From positions 64,001 through 128,000 of the forward strand of contig CAWFJJ010000024.1 of assembly GCA_963816185.1 (NCBI GenBank): a stretch of 64,000 nt of DNA. The letters run 5' to 3'. Below the pieces are notes generated by a model. The model searched no databases. It was not told where the DNA came from and saw only the letters and a program-made list of their open reading frames with translations. Below, one piece after another: positions 1 through 10,301 of the stretch (the stretch's first letter is position 1; each line of letters opens with the position of its first letter). Both the position numbers and the translations under genes were made by a program. This stretch comes from Thermoanaerobaculia bacterium. Its GTDB lineage: Bacteria; Acidobacteriota; Thermoanaerobaculia; UBA5066.

Positions 1-2276
1 GGCGTGCCGGAGAGGACGCCCGCGGCCGACAGGGTCAGCCCGGCCGGGAGCGTCGAGGATGTCGTGAACGTCGCCGGCGTGTGCGTGCCGACGCCGGCCT
101 GGGTGAACGTCTGGCTGAACGGCGCGTCGACGGTGCCCGTCGTCGTTCCGGGGTTCGAGACCGTGATCGTCTGGCAGGAGATCACGAGCGTGTAGGTCGC
201 GCCCGTGCCCGTGCAGCCGTTCGCGTCCGTCACCTTGACGACGATCGGGAACGTGCCGTTCTGTCCCGGCGTGCCCGAGAGCGTTCCGTCCGCCGCGAGC
301 GTCAGGCCGCCCGGGAGCGTCGAGGACGTCGTGAACGTCGCCGTGCCGGCCGCGCCGGTCTGCGTGAACGTCTGGTTGAAGGGGGCGTCGACCGTGCCCG
401 TCGTCACGCCCGGGTTCGTGATCGTGATCGTCGGGCAGACGGTCACGAGGCTGTACGAGGTCGCGCCCGAGCAGCCGGCGGCGTCGGTCGCGGTGACGAC
501 GATCGGGAAGGTGCCGCCCTGCGTCGGCGTGCCCGAGAGAACGCCGGCCGAGAAGGTCATCCCGGCGGGCAAGGCGCCCGTCTCCGTGAGCGTGTAGGGC
601 GACGTCCCGCCGCTCGCCGTGAACGTCACGGGGCCGTACGGCGAGCCGACGGGGCCCGAGGCGAGCGTCGGGGGCGCGACGGTGATCGTGACGCCGTTAC
701 ACGTCACGGTGACCACGTAGTCCTGGCTCCCGACGCAGCCGCCGACCGAATCGGTCGCCGAGATCGTGATCGGGAACGTCCCGGTCTGGGTGGGCGTCCC
801 GTCGAGAGTGGCGCCGGTGAAATTCATGCCCGTCGGCAAGGAGCCGGCCTCGGCGAACGTGTAGGGCCCCGTTCCGCCGCTCGCCGTGAACGTCGTACTC
901 GGGAAGGGTGAGCCGGCCAGGACGGTCGGCAGCGAGCTCGGCGAAAGCGTTATGGACGTCCCCGAGCAGGCCACGACCACGAGGTAGTCGCGGCTCGCCG
1001 TGCAGCCGTTCGAATCCGTGACGGTGACCGTGATCGGGAAGCTCCCGGTCTCGGTCGGCGTGCCCGCGAGCGTGTCGATCGAGAAGCTCATCCCGTTCGG
1101 GAGGGCGCCCGTCTCGGAGAACGTGACGGAGCCGATGCCGCCTGTCTGCGTGAACGTCGTCGCGGGGTACGGGGTGCCGGTCGTTCCCTGCGGGAGCGTC
1201 GCGGGAGACAGGGTGATCGACTGGCAGCTCACGACGAGCGTGTACGTCGCGCTCGTCCCCGTGCAGCCGTTCGCGTCCGTGACGGTGACGCCGATCGGGA
1301 ACGAGCCGGTCTGACCGGGCGTGCCCGACAGCGTCCCGTTCGCCGCGAGGGACATTCCCGACGGGAGCGTCGACGCCGTCGTGAACGTCGCGCCGCCGAT
1401 CGCGCCCGTCTGCGTGAAGGTCTGGCTGAACGCGGTGCCGATGGTCGCGGTCGCCGTCGCGGGGTTCGTGACGACGATCGTCTGGCAGCCGATCGAGAGG
1501 TTGTAAGTCGAGCTCGTGCCCGTGCAGAGGTTCGCGTCCGTGACCGTCACGACGATCGGGAAGAGGCCGGTCTGGGTCGGCGTTCCCGCGAGGACGCCGT
1601 TCACGGCGAGATTCAGCCCGGCCGGAAGCGTCGACGCGGTCGTGAATGTCGCCGATCCGATCGCGCCGGCCTGCGTGAACGTCTGGCTGAACGCCGTACC
1701 GGCCGTTCCGGCGGCCACGGCCGGGTTCGTCACCGTGATCGTCTGGCAGGCGATGACGAGGTGGTACGTCGCGCCGCTGCCCGTGCAGCCGTTCGCGTCG
1801 GTCGCCGTCACGAGGATGTCGAAGCCGCCCGCCTGCGTCGGCGTGCCCGAGAGGACGCCGTTCGCCGCGAGCGTCATGCCGATCGGAAGGGCGCTCGCCG
1901 TCGTGAACGTCGTCGCCCCGACGCCACCCGCCTGCGTGAACGTCTGGCTGAAGAAGACGTTTGCCGTGCCCGTCGCCGTCACGGGGTTCGTCACGGTGAT
2001 GGTCTGGCAGGAGATCACGAGCGTGTACGTCGCGCCCGTCCCCGTGCAACCGCTCGCGTCGGTCGCGGTCACGGTGATCGGGAAGGTGCCCGGCTGGGTC
2101 GGCGTGCCCGAGAGCGTCCCGTTCGGAGCGAGCGTCAGGCCGGCGGGCAGCGGCGACGCCGTCGTGTACGTCTTCGTCCCCGTGCCGCCGGAGGACGTGA
2201 AGGTCTGGCTGAACGGCACGTTGACCGTGCCCGACGCCGTCAAGGGGTTCGTCACCGTGATCGTGCTCGTGCACGC
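1..2276 (-). repeat. Intragenic tandem repeats, ~261-bp period (Ig-like domains)
   Basis: Repeat starts near 2274, 2010, 1749, 1488, 1227, 968, 702, 438 and 177; recurring DNA words such as gtgcagccgttcgcgtc and gtgaacgtctggctgaa. Confidence 0.85.
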
Positions 2277-2756
2277 CGGGACCCAGTAGCCCGAGATGTC
2301 GATGATGAAGTCGGCCGCCCCCGCCGAGACGTTCGCGAGCGCGACGGTACCCGTGTTGTCGCTCGCAAGGGCCACGATCGTGTTGCTCGCGCGGGTCTTG
2401 CCCGCCGAGAAAGCCAGGACCAGCGTCGGGGGTGCCGCCGCATCGCCCGCATAGAGCTGCGCGTAGCCCATTTCCGCCGGCGAGACGACGGTGAGGTTGA
2501 CGGCCAGGCCTAGGGCGGTCGGCGGCACGCCGCAGGCTCCCGTGAGCGTGAAGAGACGTGTCTCGTTCGGATTCAGGGCGGGGCCTCCCAGAGGGTCTGC
2601 CGGGTTCCGCGTGTCGACCGCTCGGCAGGGAGAGATCGTCATGAGGGCTTGGCCCCCGGCCGCGGAGAGAGGGAGCGGCAGGGAAAGCAGCGCCAGCGCG
2701 ACGACGAGAAATCCCGGACGGGGAAGTGAACGGTCCTCGCGGTCGAGCAGTCTCAT
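1..2756 (-). CDS. Large secreted/surface protein (partial, runs off the window) with an N-terminal acidobacterial 'PCRxxDTR...GPAL...CGVP' domain and at least 9 tandem ~87-aa putative Ig (He_PIG-like) repeats
   Basis: Not in the ORF track because it has no stop in the window. Manual translation from ATG 2756 (RBS AGGAAAGGG) gives a signal peptide, then PCRAVDTR..GPAL..CGVPPTA, then repeats of CQTITVTNP..FSQTFTQ..GG..LP.GxTL..NGxLSGTPTQ.G.FPI.VTATDANGCTG. The frame at 2756 matches the frame at position 20. Confidence 0.85.
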   Translation of the reverse strand, partial: MRLLDREDRSLPRPGFLVVALALLSLPLPLSAAGGQALMTISPCRAVDTRNPADPLGGPALNPNETRLFTLTGACGVPPTALGLAVNLTVVSPAEMGYAQLYAGDAAAPPTLVLAFSAGKTRASNTIVALASDNTGTVALANVSAGAADFIIDISGYWVPACTSTITVTNPLTASGTVNVPFSQTFTSSGGTGTKTYTTASPLPAGLTLAPNGTLSGTPTQPGTFPITVTATDASGCTGTGATYTLVISCQTITVTNPVTATGTANVFFSQTFTQAGGVGATTFTTASALPIGMTLAANGVLSGTPTQAGGFDILVTATDANGCTGSGATYHLVIACQTITVTNPAVAAGTAGTAFSQTFTQAGAIGSATFTTASTLPAGLNLAVNGVLAGTPTQTGLFPIVVTVTDANLCTGTSSTYNLSIGCQTIVVTNPATATATIGTAFSQTFTQTGAIGGATFTTASTLPSGMSLAANGTLSGTPGQTGSFPIGVTVTDANGCTGTSATYTLVVSCQSITLSPATLPQGTTGTPYPATTFTQTGGIGSVTFSETGALPNGMSFSIDTLAGTPTETGSFPITVTVTDSNGCTASRDYLVVVACSGTSITLSPSSLPTVLAGSPFPSTTFTASGGTGPYTFAEAGSLPTGMNFTGATLDGTPTQTGTFPITISATDSVGGCVGSQDYVVTVTCNGVTITVAPPTLASGPVGSPYGPVTFTASGGTSPYTLTETGALPAGMTFSAGVLSGTPTQGGTFPIVVTATDAAGCSGATSYSLVTVCPTITITNPGVTTGTVDAPFNQTFTQTGAAGTATFTTSSTLPGGLTLAADGTLSGTPGQNGTFPIVVKVTDANGCTGTGATYTLVISCQTITVSNPGTTTGTVDAPFSQTFTQAGVGTHTPATFTTSSTLPAGLTLSAAGVLSGT

Positions 2757-3002
2757 CAGGTGGAGCCCTTTCCTCGTCGAGCCTCGACGTCGTACGGGAT
2801 CTGTGTGCCGAATCGGAACCGTGAGCCGAGCTCCACGTCGCGATCGACTTCTTCTCCCTCTCGCTTCGGATTACCGGCGAGATCCTATCTCAAGTCGGGA
2901 TTCTCGACGAGCCCTTTGAACTCCCTCTCCAGCGGGACCTGATTCATTTGCGGCATACCGCCGGAACCGGCCGGCCGGTACCTTGACACTGGAGGTTCCC
3001 GC

Positions 3003-4394
3003 ATGCCGACCGCACTCAGGGAACGCCCCAAACCCTTCCTCTTACCCGAGTTCTGCAAAGGCTGCGGCCGATGCATCGACTCCTGCGCGAAGGACTGCAT
3101 CGAGGCAGGCCACGAGATCGACCCGCGCACGGGCCTCGTGCCCGTCACGCTGAATCTCGAGGCGTGCAACGGCTGCGGCCTGTGCTTCGACGCGTGCCCC
3201 GAGCCGTACGGCCTCAGGCCGCGGCCGGAGGGCGATTTCGAGCTTCAGGACCCGGAGAAACTGTTCGGAACACGGACGGCCCCGCCCCGGCCGGCGCCTA
3301 TTCCGCCTCGTGCGATTCCCCTGCCGCCCGTCGCGCCGCTCATCGTGAAAGGCAACTATGCCGCCGCGATCGGAGCGCTTCTCGCGGGCTGCCGGCACGT
3401 CTTCGGCTATCCGATCACACCCTCCACCGAAGGCGCCGAGCTGATGGCGAAGATCCTGCCGAAGCTGGACGGCATCTTCCTGCAGGCCGTGAGCGAGGTC
3501 GCGACCGTCAACATCATGTACGGCTGCGGCGGCGCGGGTCTTCCCTGCATGACCTTCACCTCCTCGCCCGGCTTCAGTCTCATGCTCGAAGGCATCTCGT
3601 ACATGATCGGCGCCGAGGTGCCGGGCGTGTTCGTGAACGTCATGCGCGGCGGGCCGGGCCTCGGAAACATCGCCCCGGAGCAGGCCGACGTGAAGCTCGC
3701 GTGCCGCGGCCTCGGCCACGGCAACACGCACGCGATCGTCCTCGCGCCCTCGACGCCGCAGGAGATGCTCGACCTCACGAGGCTCGCGTTCGAATTGTCG
3801 TTCCGCTACCGGAATCCGGTCGTCATCGTCGCGGACGGGTACCTCGGACAGATGACGGGCAAGGTCGTGCTCCCGGACACGATGATCGAGCCCGGCCTTC
3901 CGGACTGGGCGGTCTTCGGAGACGGAGCGCACCGCGGCAACCTCATCAACTCGATCTTCCTCGACGAGAAAGACCTCGAGAGCCACAACACACGCTTGAA
4001 CGAGAAATACCGGCGCATGGAGACCGAACAGCTCTCCGACGCCTTCGCCTGCTCGGATGCGACGACGATCGTCGTCGCCTTCGGCACGCCGGCGCGGATG
4101 GCCAAGGGCGCGGTCGAGACGCTGCGCCGAGAGGGCCTCCGCGTCGGTCTCTTCCGGCCGCTCACGCTGTGGCCGTTCCCCGTCGCCGCATTGAAATCGT
4201 TCCTGCCGAAGGCGAAGAGGATCCTCGTCGTCGAGGCCAGCAACGGGCAGCTCGAGGACGAGCTTCGCCTCGCGCTTTCGAAGTCCGGCGTGGCGCCGCC
4301 GCCGATCGAGAGCGTCCGGCACGGGGGCGGCATCCTGCCGCAGGCGGCCGAGATCGCGGCTGCGATCCGGGCTTCTCAGGAGGTTCTGGCATGA
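3003..4394 (+). CDS. 2-oxoacid:ferredoxin oxidoreductase alpha subunit fused to an N-terminal 2x[4Fe-4S] ferredoxin (delta) domain; Vor/Kor-like
   Basis: CKGCGRCIDSC and CNGCGLCFDACP; GYPITPSTE, TSSPGFSLM and RGGPGLG motifs; RBS GGAGG. Confidence 0.9.
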   Translation: MPTALRERPKPFLLPEFCKGCGRCIDSCAKDCIEAGHEIDPRTGLVPVTLNLEACNGCGLCFDACPEPYGLRPRPEGDFELQDPEKLFGTRTAPPRPAPIPPRAIPLPPVAPLIVKGNYAAAIGALLAGCRHVFGYPITPSTEGAELMAKILPKLDGIFLQAVSEVATVNIMYGCGGAGLPCMTFTSSPGFSLMLEGISYMIGAEVPGVFVNVMRGGPGLGNIAPEQADVKLACRGLGHGNTHAIVLAPSTPQEMLDLTRLAFELSFRYRNPVVIVADGYLGQMTGKVVLPDTMIEPGLPDWAVFGDGAHRGNLINSIFLDEKDLESHNTRLNEKYRRMETEQLSDAFACSDATTIVVAFGTPARMAKGAVETLRREGLRVGLFRPLTLWPFPVAALKSFLPKAKRILVVEASNGQLEDELRLALSKSGVAPPPIESVRHGGGILPQAAEIAAAIRASQEVLA

Positions 4395-5812
4395 GCGTCT
4401 TCTACGAGAAGTTCGAGCGCCACGCGGGCGGCGAAGGGCTGAAGGGCCACGCGACTCACTATTGCCCGGGCTGCGGCCACGGCCTCGTGCACAAGTACCT
4501 CGCAGAGGCGATCGAGGAGCTCGGCATCCGGGACCGCACGGTCGCGATCTCGCCGGTCGGCTGCTCGGTCTTTCTCTATTACTACTTCGACGTCGGGAAC
4601 TCTCAGGCCGCGCACGGTCGCGCGCCTGCGGTGGCGCTCGGCCACAAGTACGCGAATCCGGATTCCATCGTGATCAGCTATCAGGGCGACGGCGATCTCG
4701 CCTCCATCGGACTCGCGGAGATCGTCTGGGCGGCGCAGCTCGGCACGCCGATCACGGTGATCTTCGTGAACAACGCGATCTACGGCATGACGGGAGGCCA
4801 GATGGCGCCCACGACGCTCATCGGCCAGAAGAGCGCCACGAGCCCCACCGGCCGCACGGAGATGATGGGTCTGCCGATGAAGATGGCCGAGCTCGTCTCA
4901 GGGCTCGACGGGCCGGTCTACGTCGAGCGTGTCGCTCTCTACGACGCGAAGCAGCGCATGAAGGCGAAGAAGGCCGTCCTGAAGGCGGTGAAGATGCAGG
5001 TCGAGAACCGGGGTTTCGCGTTCGTCGAGGTGCTCGCCGAATGCCCGACGCATCTCGGGATGACGCCCGAGGAGACGGAAGCCTGGGTGAAGGAGAAGAT
5101 GCTCCCGGTCTTCCCGCTCGGCGTGAAGAAAGACTCCGCGCGCGAACCCTGGTTCCACCGCGAGAAGCCCCGGTTCGACGCCGAGAGCCTCGTCGCGGCG
5201 ATCGGGGCGTCCGCCGAGCGCCCTCCGCGCTTCGCGGCCGGCTTCCCCGCGCACCTCGGCGGCACGGACATCGCGCTGAAGCTCGCGGGCGCGGGAGGCG
5301 ACGGCGCGCAGACGGCGGCCATGCTCCTCACGCGCGCCGCCATCCACGAAGGCTACGACGCGACGCACATCCCCAGCTACGGACCCGAGTCGCGCGGCGG
5401 GACGTCGTACGCCGACGTCCACGTGAGCGCCGACGAGGTTCTCTCGCCGGCCTCGCCGCATCCGGCGATCCTGGTCGCGTTCAACGCCCCGAGCCTCGTG
5501 AAATTTGCGCCGGATGTGCCGGTGGGCGGCACCATCCTGTACGACAGCTCCGTCATCAAAGATCCGCCGCCGTTCCAGGCCGGCGTGCACGTGTTCGGCG
5601 TGCCCTTCACGGAGATCGCCGTGGATCTCGGCAAGGCGATGGTGAAGAACATCGTCGCGCTCGGAGCTCTGCAGGCCGCGACGAAGCTCTTCCCCGAGGA
5701 GTCGTTGCGCACCGCCATCCGCCTCGCCCTGAAGGACAAATGCGCGCTCATTCCCCTGAACGAGGAGGCTTTCTCGTGGGGGATGCGCGCCGTCACGCCG
5801 GCTCCGAACTGA
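4391..5812 (+). CDS. 2-oxoacid:ferredoxin oxidoreductase beta-gamma fusion subunit
   Basis: ATGA overlap with the alpha gene; YCPGCGHG, TPP motif GDGD..NN.IYGMTGGQ, then gamma-type GAGGDG and SYGPESRGG. Confidence 0.9.
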   Translation: MSVFYEKFERHAGGEGLKGHATHYCPGCGHGLVHKYLAEAIEELGIRDRTVAISPVGCSVFLYYYFDVGNSQAAHGRAPAVALGHKYANPDSIVISYQGDGDLASIGLAEIVWAAQLGTPITVIFVNNAIYGMTGGQMAPTTLIGQKSATSPTGRTEMMGLPMKMAELVSGLDGPVYVERVALYDAKQRMKAKKAVLKAVKMQVENRGFAFVEVLAECPTHLGMTPEETEAWVKEKMLPVFPLGVKKDSAREPWFHREKPRFDAESLVAAIGASAERPPRFAAGFPAHLGGTDIALKLAGAGGDGAQTAAMLLTRAAIHEGYDATHIPSYGPESRGGTSYADVHVSADEVLSPASPHPAILVAFNAPSLVKFAPDVPVGGTILYDSSVIKDPPPFQAGVHVFGVPFTEIAVDLGKAMVKNIVALGALQAATKLFPEESLRTAIRLALKDKCALIPLNEEAFSWGMRAVTPAPN

Positions 5813-5826
5813 TCGCGGAGGACACC

Positions 5827-6102
5827 ATGAATCAGGACCTGATCCCCGTCTCCCTGACCCCTGCCGAGTACCGCCTGCTCATGGGCCTGCGCGACGTGCC
5901 GGAGTCCTCGCTGAAGACGCGCGTGAAGGCGCTCATCGAAGCCCTCTTCCGGATGGCCCGCGAGCCGCGCTGCCCCGAGCACCAGCCGGACGGCGTGCCG
6001 TGCGCGAGCGTGCACGCGAACTGCGACCAGTGCGTCGAGGTCACGCGCATGCTCGACGGCCTCGAGGCCATGGAGCTTCAGATCCGCGGCTTCCCGGGAT
6101 GA
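5827..6102 (+). CDS. Small hypothetical protein with four C-terminal Cys (possible metal site)
   Basis: RBS GGAGG; 91 aa; C-x9-C-x6-C-x2-C; stop overlaps the next ATG. Confidence 0.65.
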   Translation: MNQDLIPVSLTPAEYRLLMGLRDVPESSLKTRVKALIEALFRMAREPRCPEHQPDGVPCASVHANCDQCVEVTRMLDGLEAMELQIRGFPG

Positions 6103-8375
6103 AGGGAGCCGTCGCGGCGACGATCACGGGACCCGCCGAGATCGTTCCGTGCGGCGCGCGCGAGCGGCCGCACGACGCTTCTCGAGCACGAGGTCTACGC
6201 GCTGCTCGGCGCGGCGGGCTTCGACGTGCCGCGACACGTCTTCTGGAACGGCGCGCCGGAGCTGGTGCCGACGGAGGTTGAAGATTTCTTGGAAGGGTTG
6301 AGAGGGGACGACGTCGTCCTCAAGATCGTCTCGCCGGATCTCGCCCATAAGTCCGACGTCGGCGGATTCTCATTTTCAAAGAAATCTCCTGCGTCGGTCA
6401 TCGCTGCGGCGAGGACGACGTGGGAAGACGTCTCCCGCCGAGCGCCCGCAGCCCAGCGCCTCGGGATCCTCGTCGTCGAGAAGCTCGTTCCCGCCTCCGG
6501 GAGGTCCCGGCAGCCGAGGCGCTCGTCTCGTTCAAGCAGGACGCGGCCTTCGGCCCCGTCCTCCTCTTCGGCCTCGGCGGCGTCCTGACCGAGTGGTACG
6601 GCGCGAATGGCGCCTGGTGCGACGACGGCGATCCTGCAGCCCGGGAGAGGTGAAGCAGGGCCTCGAGGCCGCGAGTCGAAAAGAGGCCGGCGCTGAAGAT
6701 CTTCTTTGAAAGGAACAGGGCGCAAGCGCAGGCGCCGCTCGTGCTCGACGAGGTGGCGGCCAAGCTCGAATCACTTTCTAAGAATCTCTCTCCCTATTCT
6801 CCCGAGAATTCTCTTGGGTTACCGACTCTCGAAGAGCTCGAGGTCAACCCGGTCCTTCTGACGGCGGACGGGCGCTGGGTCGTGGCCGACGGGAAGGCTT
6901 CGTTCTCGGACCGCAGGGCCGTTCCCGTTCGGAGGCCTCTCGAGAAGATCGAGAAGCTTCTCGCGCCGCGAAGCGCCGTGGTCTTCGGCGCGTCCGCCCG
7001 CGAATCGAATCCAGGCCGGATCATCCTCAACAATCTGAAAGCCTCCGAGACCGTCGTATACGGCCATTTGCATGCGGTTCACCCGCGGGCGGACACGATC
7101 GATGGCGTGCCCTGCGTGCGCTCCGCCTCCGACCTGCCGTCGCCCGTGGACCTCGCGGTCGTGGCGATCCCCGCCGCCGGCGCGCGGGACGCCATCCGGG
7201 ATCTCTGCGCGGGCGATCTCGCGCGCGCGATCATCCTCATTCCGGGAGGGTTCTCGGAGACGGGAAACCGCGGGCTCGAGGACGACATCCGTGCGGCCCT
7301 CGCGTCCTCGCGAGCTCTTCCCTCGGGAGGCCCCGTTCTCGTGGGCGGCAACTGCCTGGGCGTCGTCTCCAAGCACGCCTACAACACGTTCTTCCTTCCG
7401 CAGTACAAGCTGCCGTTCCACGACGCGCCGGGCGACCGCCTCGTCGCGGTGAGTCAAAGCGGCGCGTACCTCGTGTCGCTCACGAGCAACCTGGACGGCA
7501 TCATCTTTCCGCGCGCGTCGATCTCTTACGGCAATCAGATCGACCTGACCGCGGCGGATTTTCTCGAGTACTTCGAGAGGGATCCGTCCGTGCGCGTCCT
7601 CGCGTTCTACGTCGAGGGCTTCGCGCCCCTGGATGGCGCGCGTTTCGCAGCGATCGCGCGGCGCGTCGTGGCGTCGGGCCGGCACGTCCTCGTCTACAAG
7701 GCCGGCCGAACGGCGCTCGGCGCGATGGCCGCGCGGAGCCATACGGCGGCTCTCGCCGGCGACTGGGAGACAGCGCGGGCGCTCCTCGAAGGCGCGGGCG
7801 CGATCGTCGCGGTCACCCTCGACATGTTCGAGGACTACGTGAAGATCTTCACGATGCTCGCGGATCGCCTGCCGTCGGGGCGGCGGCTCGCGGTCCTCTC
7901 GAACGCGGGCTTCGAGTGCGGGGCGGTCCTGGACCGGCTCTACGCCCTGACGCCAGCCGTGCTCGCCCCTGCGACGAGAGCAGGTCTTCGGGCCTGCCTC
8001 CCGGCGATCGCCCACGCCGACAATCCCGTCGATGCCACGCCGATGGCGGGTACCGCCGACTTCGTCGCCGCGGCGAAAGCGCTCCTCGCGGATCCTGGAG
8101 TGGACGCGCTCCTCGTCTCGCCGATCCCGGTCACTCCGGCGCTCGACGACCTCGCGCCCGACCTTTCGGGCGCGCACGCGGAGAACATCTTCTCGCCGGG
8201 CTCGCTCGCGCAGGAGCTCCTGCGTCTTTTTCGCGAGACCGCAAAGCCGCTCGTCGTGAACGTCGACTCCGGGCGCCTGTACGACGATTTCGTCGGCGTT
8301 CTTCAGCGCGGCGGAATCCCCGTCTACCGGAAGATCGACCGGGCTTCCCGGGCCCTCTCCGCGCTCTGCGCCTGA
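6099..8375 (+). CDS. ADP-forming acetate/acyl-CoA ligase, ATP-grasp domain first, then CoA-binding and ligase domains; 5' part frameshifted
   Basis: ATP-grasp motifs spread over three frames (LLEHEVYALL, VVLKIVSPDLAHKSDVGG, QDAAFGPVLLFGLGG, LEVNPV); then GGNCLG, SQSGA, phospho-His motif SHTAALAG and NPVDAT. Frameshifts near 6160, 6500 and 6640. Confidence 0.8.
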
Positions 8376-8384
8376 AGGCGCTCT

Positions 8385-8612
8385 TCAGGAGTTATTCGGG
8401 TTGTCGGTCGTGCGCAGGTAGTAGTAAAGGCGTTTCGCCGGATCCTGCGGGAAGGCGTTCACCCTGAGGACGCGATAGGTCGCCTCGCGCTCGCCCTCGA
8501 AGACGAATCGCGTGTCGACATGGGCGGCCCCTTCGGGGAGGAGGAGGTTGCCCCAGCGCTCCGCCGTCTTCCCGCAGCGGCTCTTCGGGTCGAACGAAGC
8601 GACCTCCGTCAA
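8385..8612 (-). CDS. Small hypothetical protein (75 aa)
   Basis: TTG start overlaps the pyrG stop (TTGA); fills the gap to the convergent ligase gene. Confidence 0.45.
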   Translation of the reverse strand: MTEVASFDPKSRCGKTAERWGNLLLPEGAAHVDTRFVFEGEREATYRVLRVNAFPQDPAKRLYYYLRTTDNPNNS

Positions 8613-10300
8613 GCCGACTGGCCGTTCGGAGTAGGAAGGTTCGCGGGCGCGACGACGGCGGGCACGAGCTCGGCGCTCTTCTTGTCGACGCCCTCCTGCC
8701 GCGCGTGCTTGTGGGCGCGGGCGGCACGGATGAAGTCCTTGAAGAGCGGGTGCGGCGCGGTGGGCTTGCTCTTGAACTCCGGGTGGAATTGGCAGCCGAG
8801 GAACCACGGGTGGTCGGACAGCTCGATCATCTCCACGAACTTCCGGTCGGGCGACATGCCGCAGAACGTCATCCCGGCGTCGCGCAGGACCGGCAGATAC
8901 TCCTGGTTCACCTCGTAGCGGTGGCGGTGGCGCTCCCAGATCTGCGCCTCGCCGTAGGCGCGCCGCGCGAGGGTGCCCTCCGCGAGGTCGCACGGGTACT
9001 TGCCGAGCCGCATCGTCCCGCCGAGGGCCTCGACGCCGAGGAGGTCGCGCAGCATGAAGATGACCTTGTGCGGCGGGTTCGGCTCGAACTCCGTCGAGTT
9101 CGCGTCTTTGAGCCCGCAGACGTTCCGCGCGAACTCGATGACGGCGCACTGCAGGCCGAGGCAGATTCCGAAGAACGGGACCCTCGTCTCGCGCGCGAGG
9201 CGGATCGCCTTCAGCTTGCCTTCGATGCCGCGGCGTCCGAAACCGGGTCCCACGAGGATCGCGTCCGCGCGGGCGAGCGTCTCGGGGAAGCCGGCCGTCT
9301 CCAGCTCCTCGGAGTCCACGAACGAGATCCTGACCTTCACGTTGTTCGCGATGCCTCCGTGATGGAGCGCCTCGTTCAGGGATTTGTAGCTGTCGCCGAG
9401 CTGCACGTACTTGCCGACGAAGGCGATCGTGACCTCTTCCTGGGGATTCTTGACGCGGTTGACGATCGAGTCCCACTTCGCGAGATCGCGGTCGTAGTGA
9501 GGAAGGGAGAGGTAGTCGAGGAGGATCTCGTCGAGGCCCTCGCGTGCGAACGCGAGCGGCACTTCGTAGATCGTCGGGACGTCACGTGCCGTGATGACCG
9601 CCCGCTCCTCCACGTTGCAGAAGAGCGCCATCTTCTTCTTCATCTCCTCGGGAATCGAGCGGTCGGCACGGCAGAGGAGGATGTCCGGCTGGATTCCGAT
9701 CGAGAGAAGCTCCTTGACGGAGTGCTGCGTGGGCTTCGTCTTCAGCTCGTCGGACGCCGCGATGTGAGGCACGAGGGTCAGGTGCACGTTGATCGCGTTG
9801 CCGCGGCCCACGTCCTGCCGGAACTGGCGGATCGCTTCGAGAAACGGGAGCGACTCGATGTCGCCGACGGTGCCGCCGATCTCCACGAGGACGACGTCGT
9901 TGTCGCCGGCCACGCGGCGCATGCAGTCCTTGATCTCGTCCGTGATGTGCGGGATGACCTGAACGGTCTTCCCGAGGAAGTCTCCGCGGCGCTCCTTTTC
10001 GATGACAGACAGATAGATTTTTCCGGTCGTTATGCTGTTCGCCTTGCCCGTGATGGCGGAGGTGAAGCGCTCGTAATGCCCGAGGTCGAGATCGGTCTCG
10101 GCCCCGTCGTCGGTCACGAAGACCTCGCCGTGCTGAAACGGCGACATCGTGCCGGGGTCCACGTTCAGGTACGGGTCGAACTTCATGAGGGTGACGCGGA
10201 ACCCCCGCGCTTCCAACAGCGCGCCCATGGACGCCGCGGCGATGCCTTTGCCGAGGCCGGAGACCACGCCGCCGGTGATGAAAATGTATTTGGTTCCCAC
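8609..10300 (-). CDS. pyrG: CTP synthase
   Basis: [53 protein letters not shown]; GTG start with GGAGG. Confidence 0.97.
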   Translation of the reverse strand: MGTKYIFITGGVVSGLGKGIAAASMGALLEARGFRVTLMKFDPYLNVDPGTMSPFQHGEVFVTDDGAETDLDLGHYERFTSAITGKANSITTGKIYLSVIEKERRGDFLGKTVQVIPHITDEIKDCMRRVAGDNDVVLVEIGGTVGDIESLPFLEAIRQFRQDVGRGNAINVHLTLVPHIAASDELKTKPTQHSVKELLSIGIQPDILLCRADRSIPEEMKKKMALFCNVEERAVITARDVPTIYEVPLAFAREGLDEILLDYLSLPHYDRDLAKWDSIVNRVKNPQEEVTIAFVGKYVQLGDSYKSLNEALHHGGIANNVKVRISFVDSEELETAGFPETLARADAILVGPGFGRRGIEGKLKAIRLARETRVPFFGICLGLQCAVIEFARNVCGLKDANSTEFEPNPPHKVIFMLRDLLGVEALGGTMRLGKYPCDLAEGTLARRAYGEAQIWERHRHRYEVNQEYLPVLRDAGMTFCGMSPDRKFVEMIELSDHPWFLGCQFHPEFKSKPTAPHPLFKDFIRAARAHKHARQEGVDKKSAELVPAVVAPANLPTPNGQSA

Positions 10301-10301
10301 G

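Noticed and set aside
1-2276. CRISPR-like or non-coding repeat array
   Set aside because: The ~261-bp period with synonymous variation in one open frame indicates coding domain repeats.
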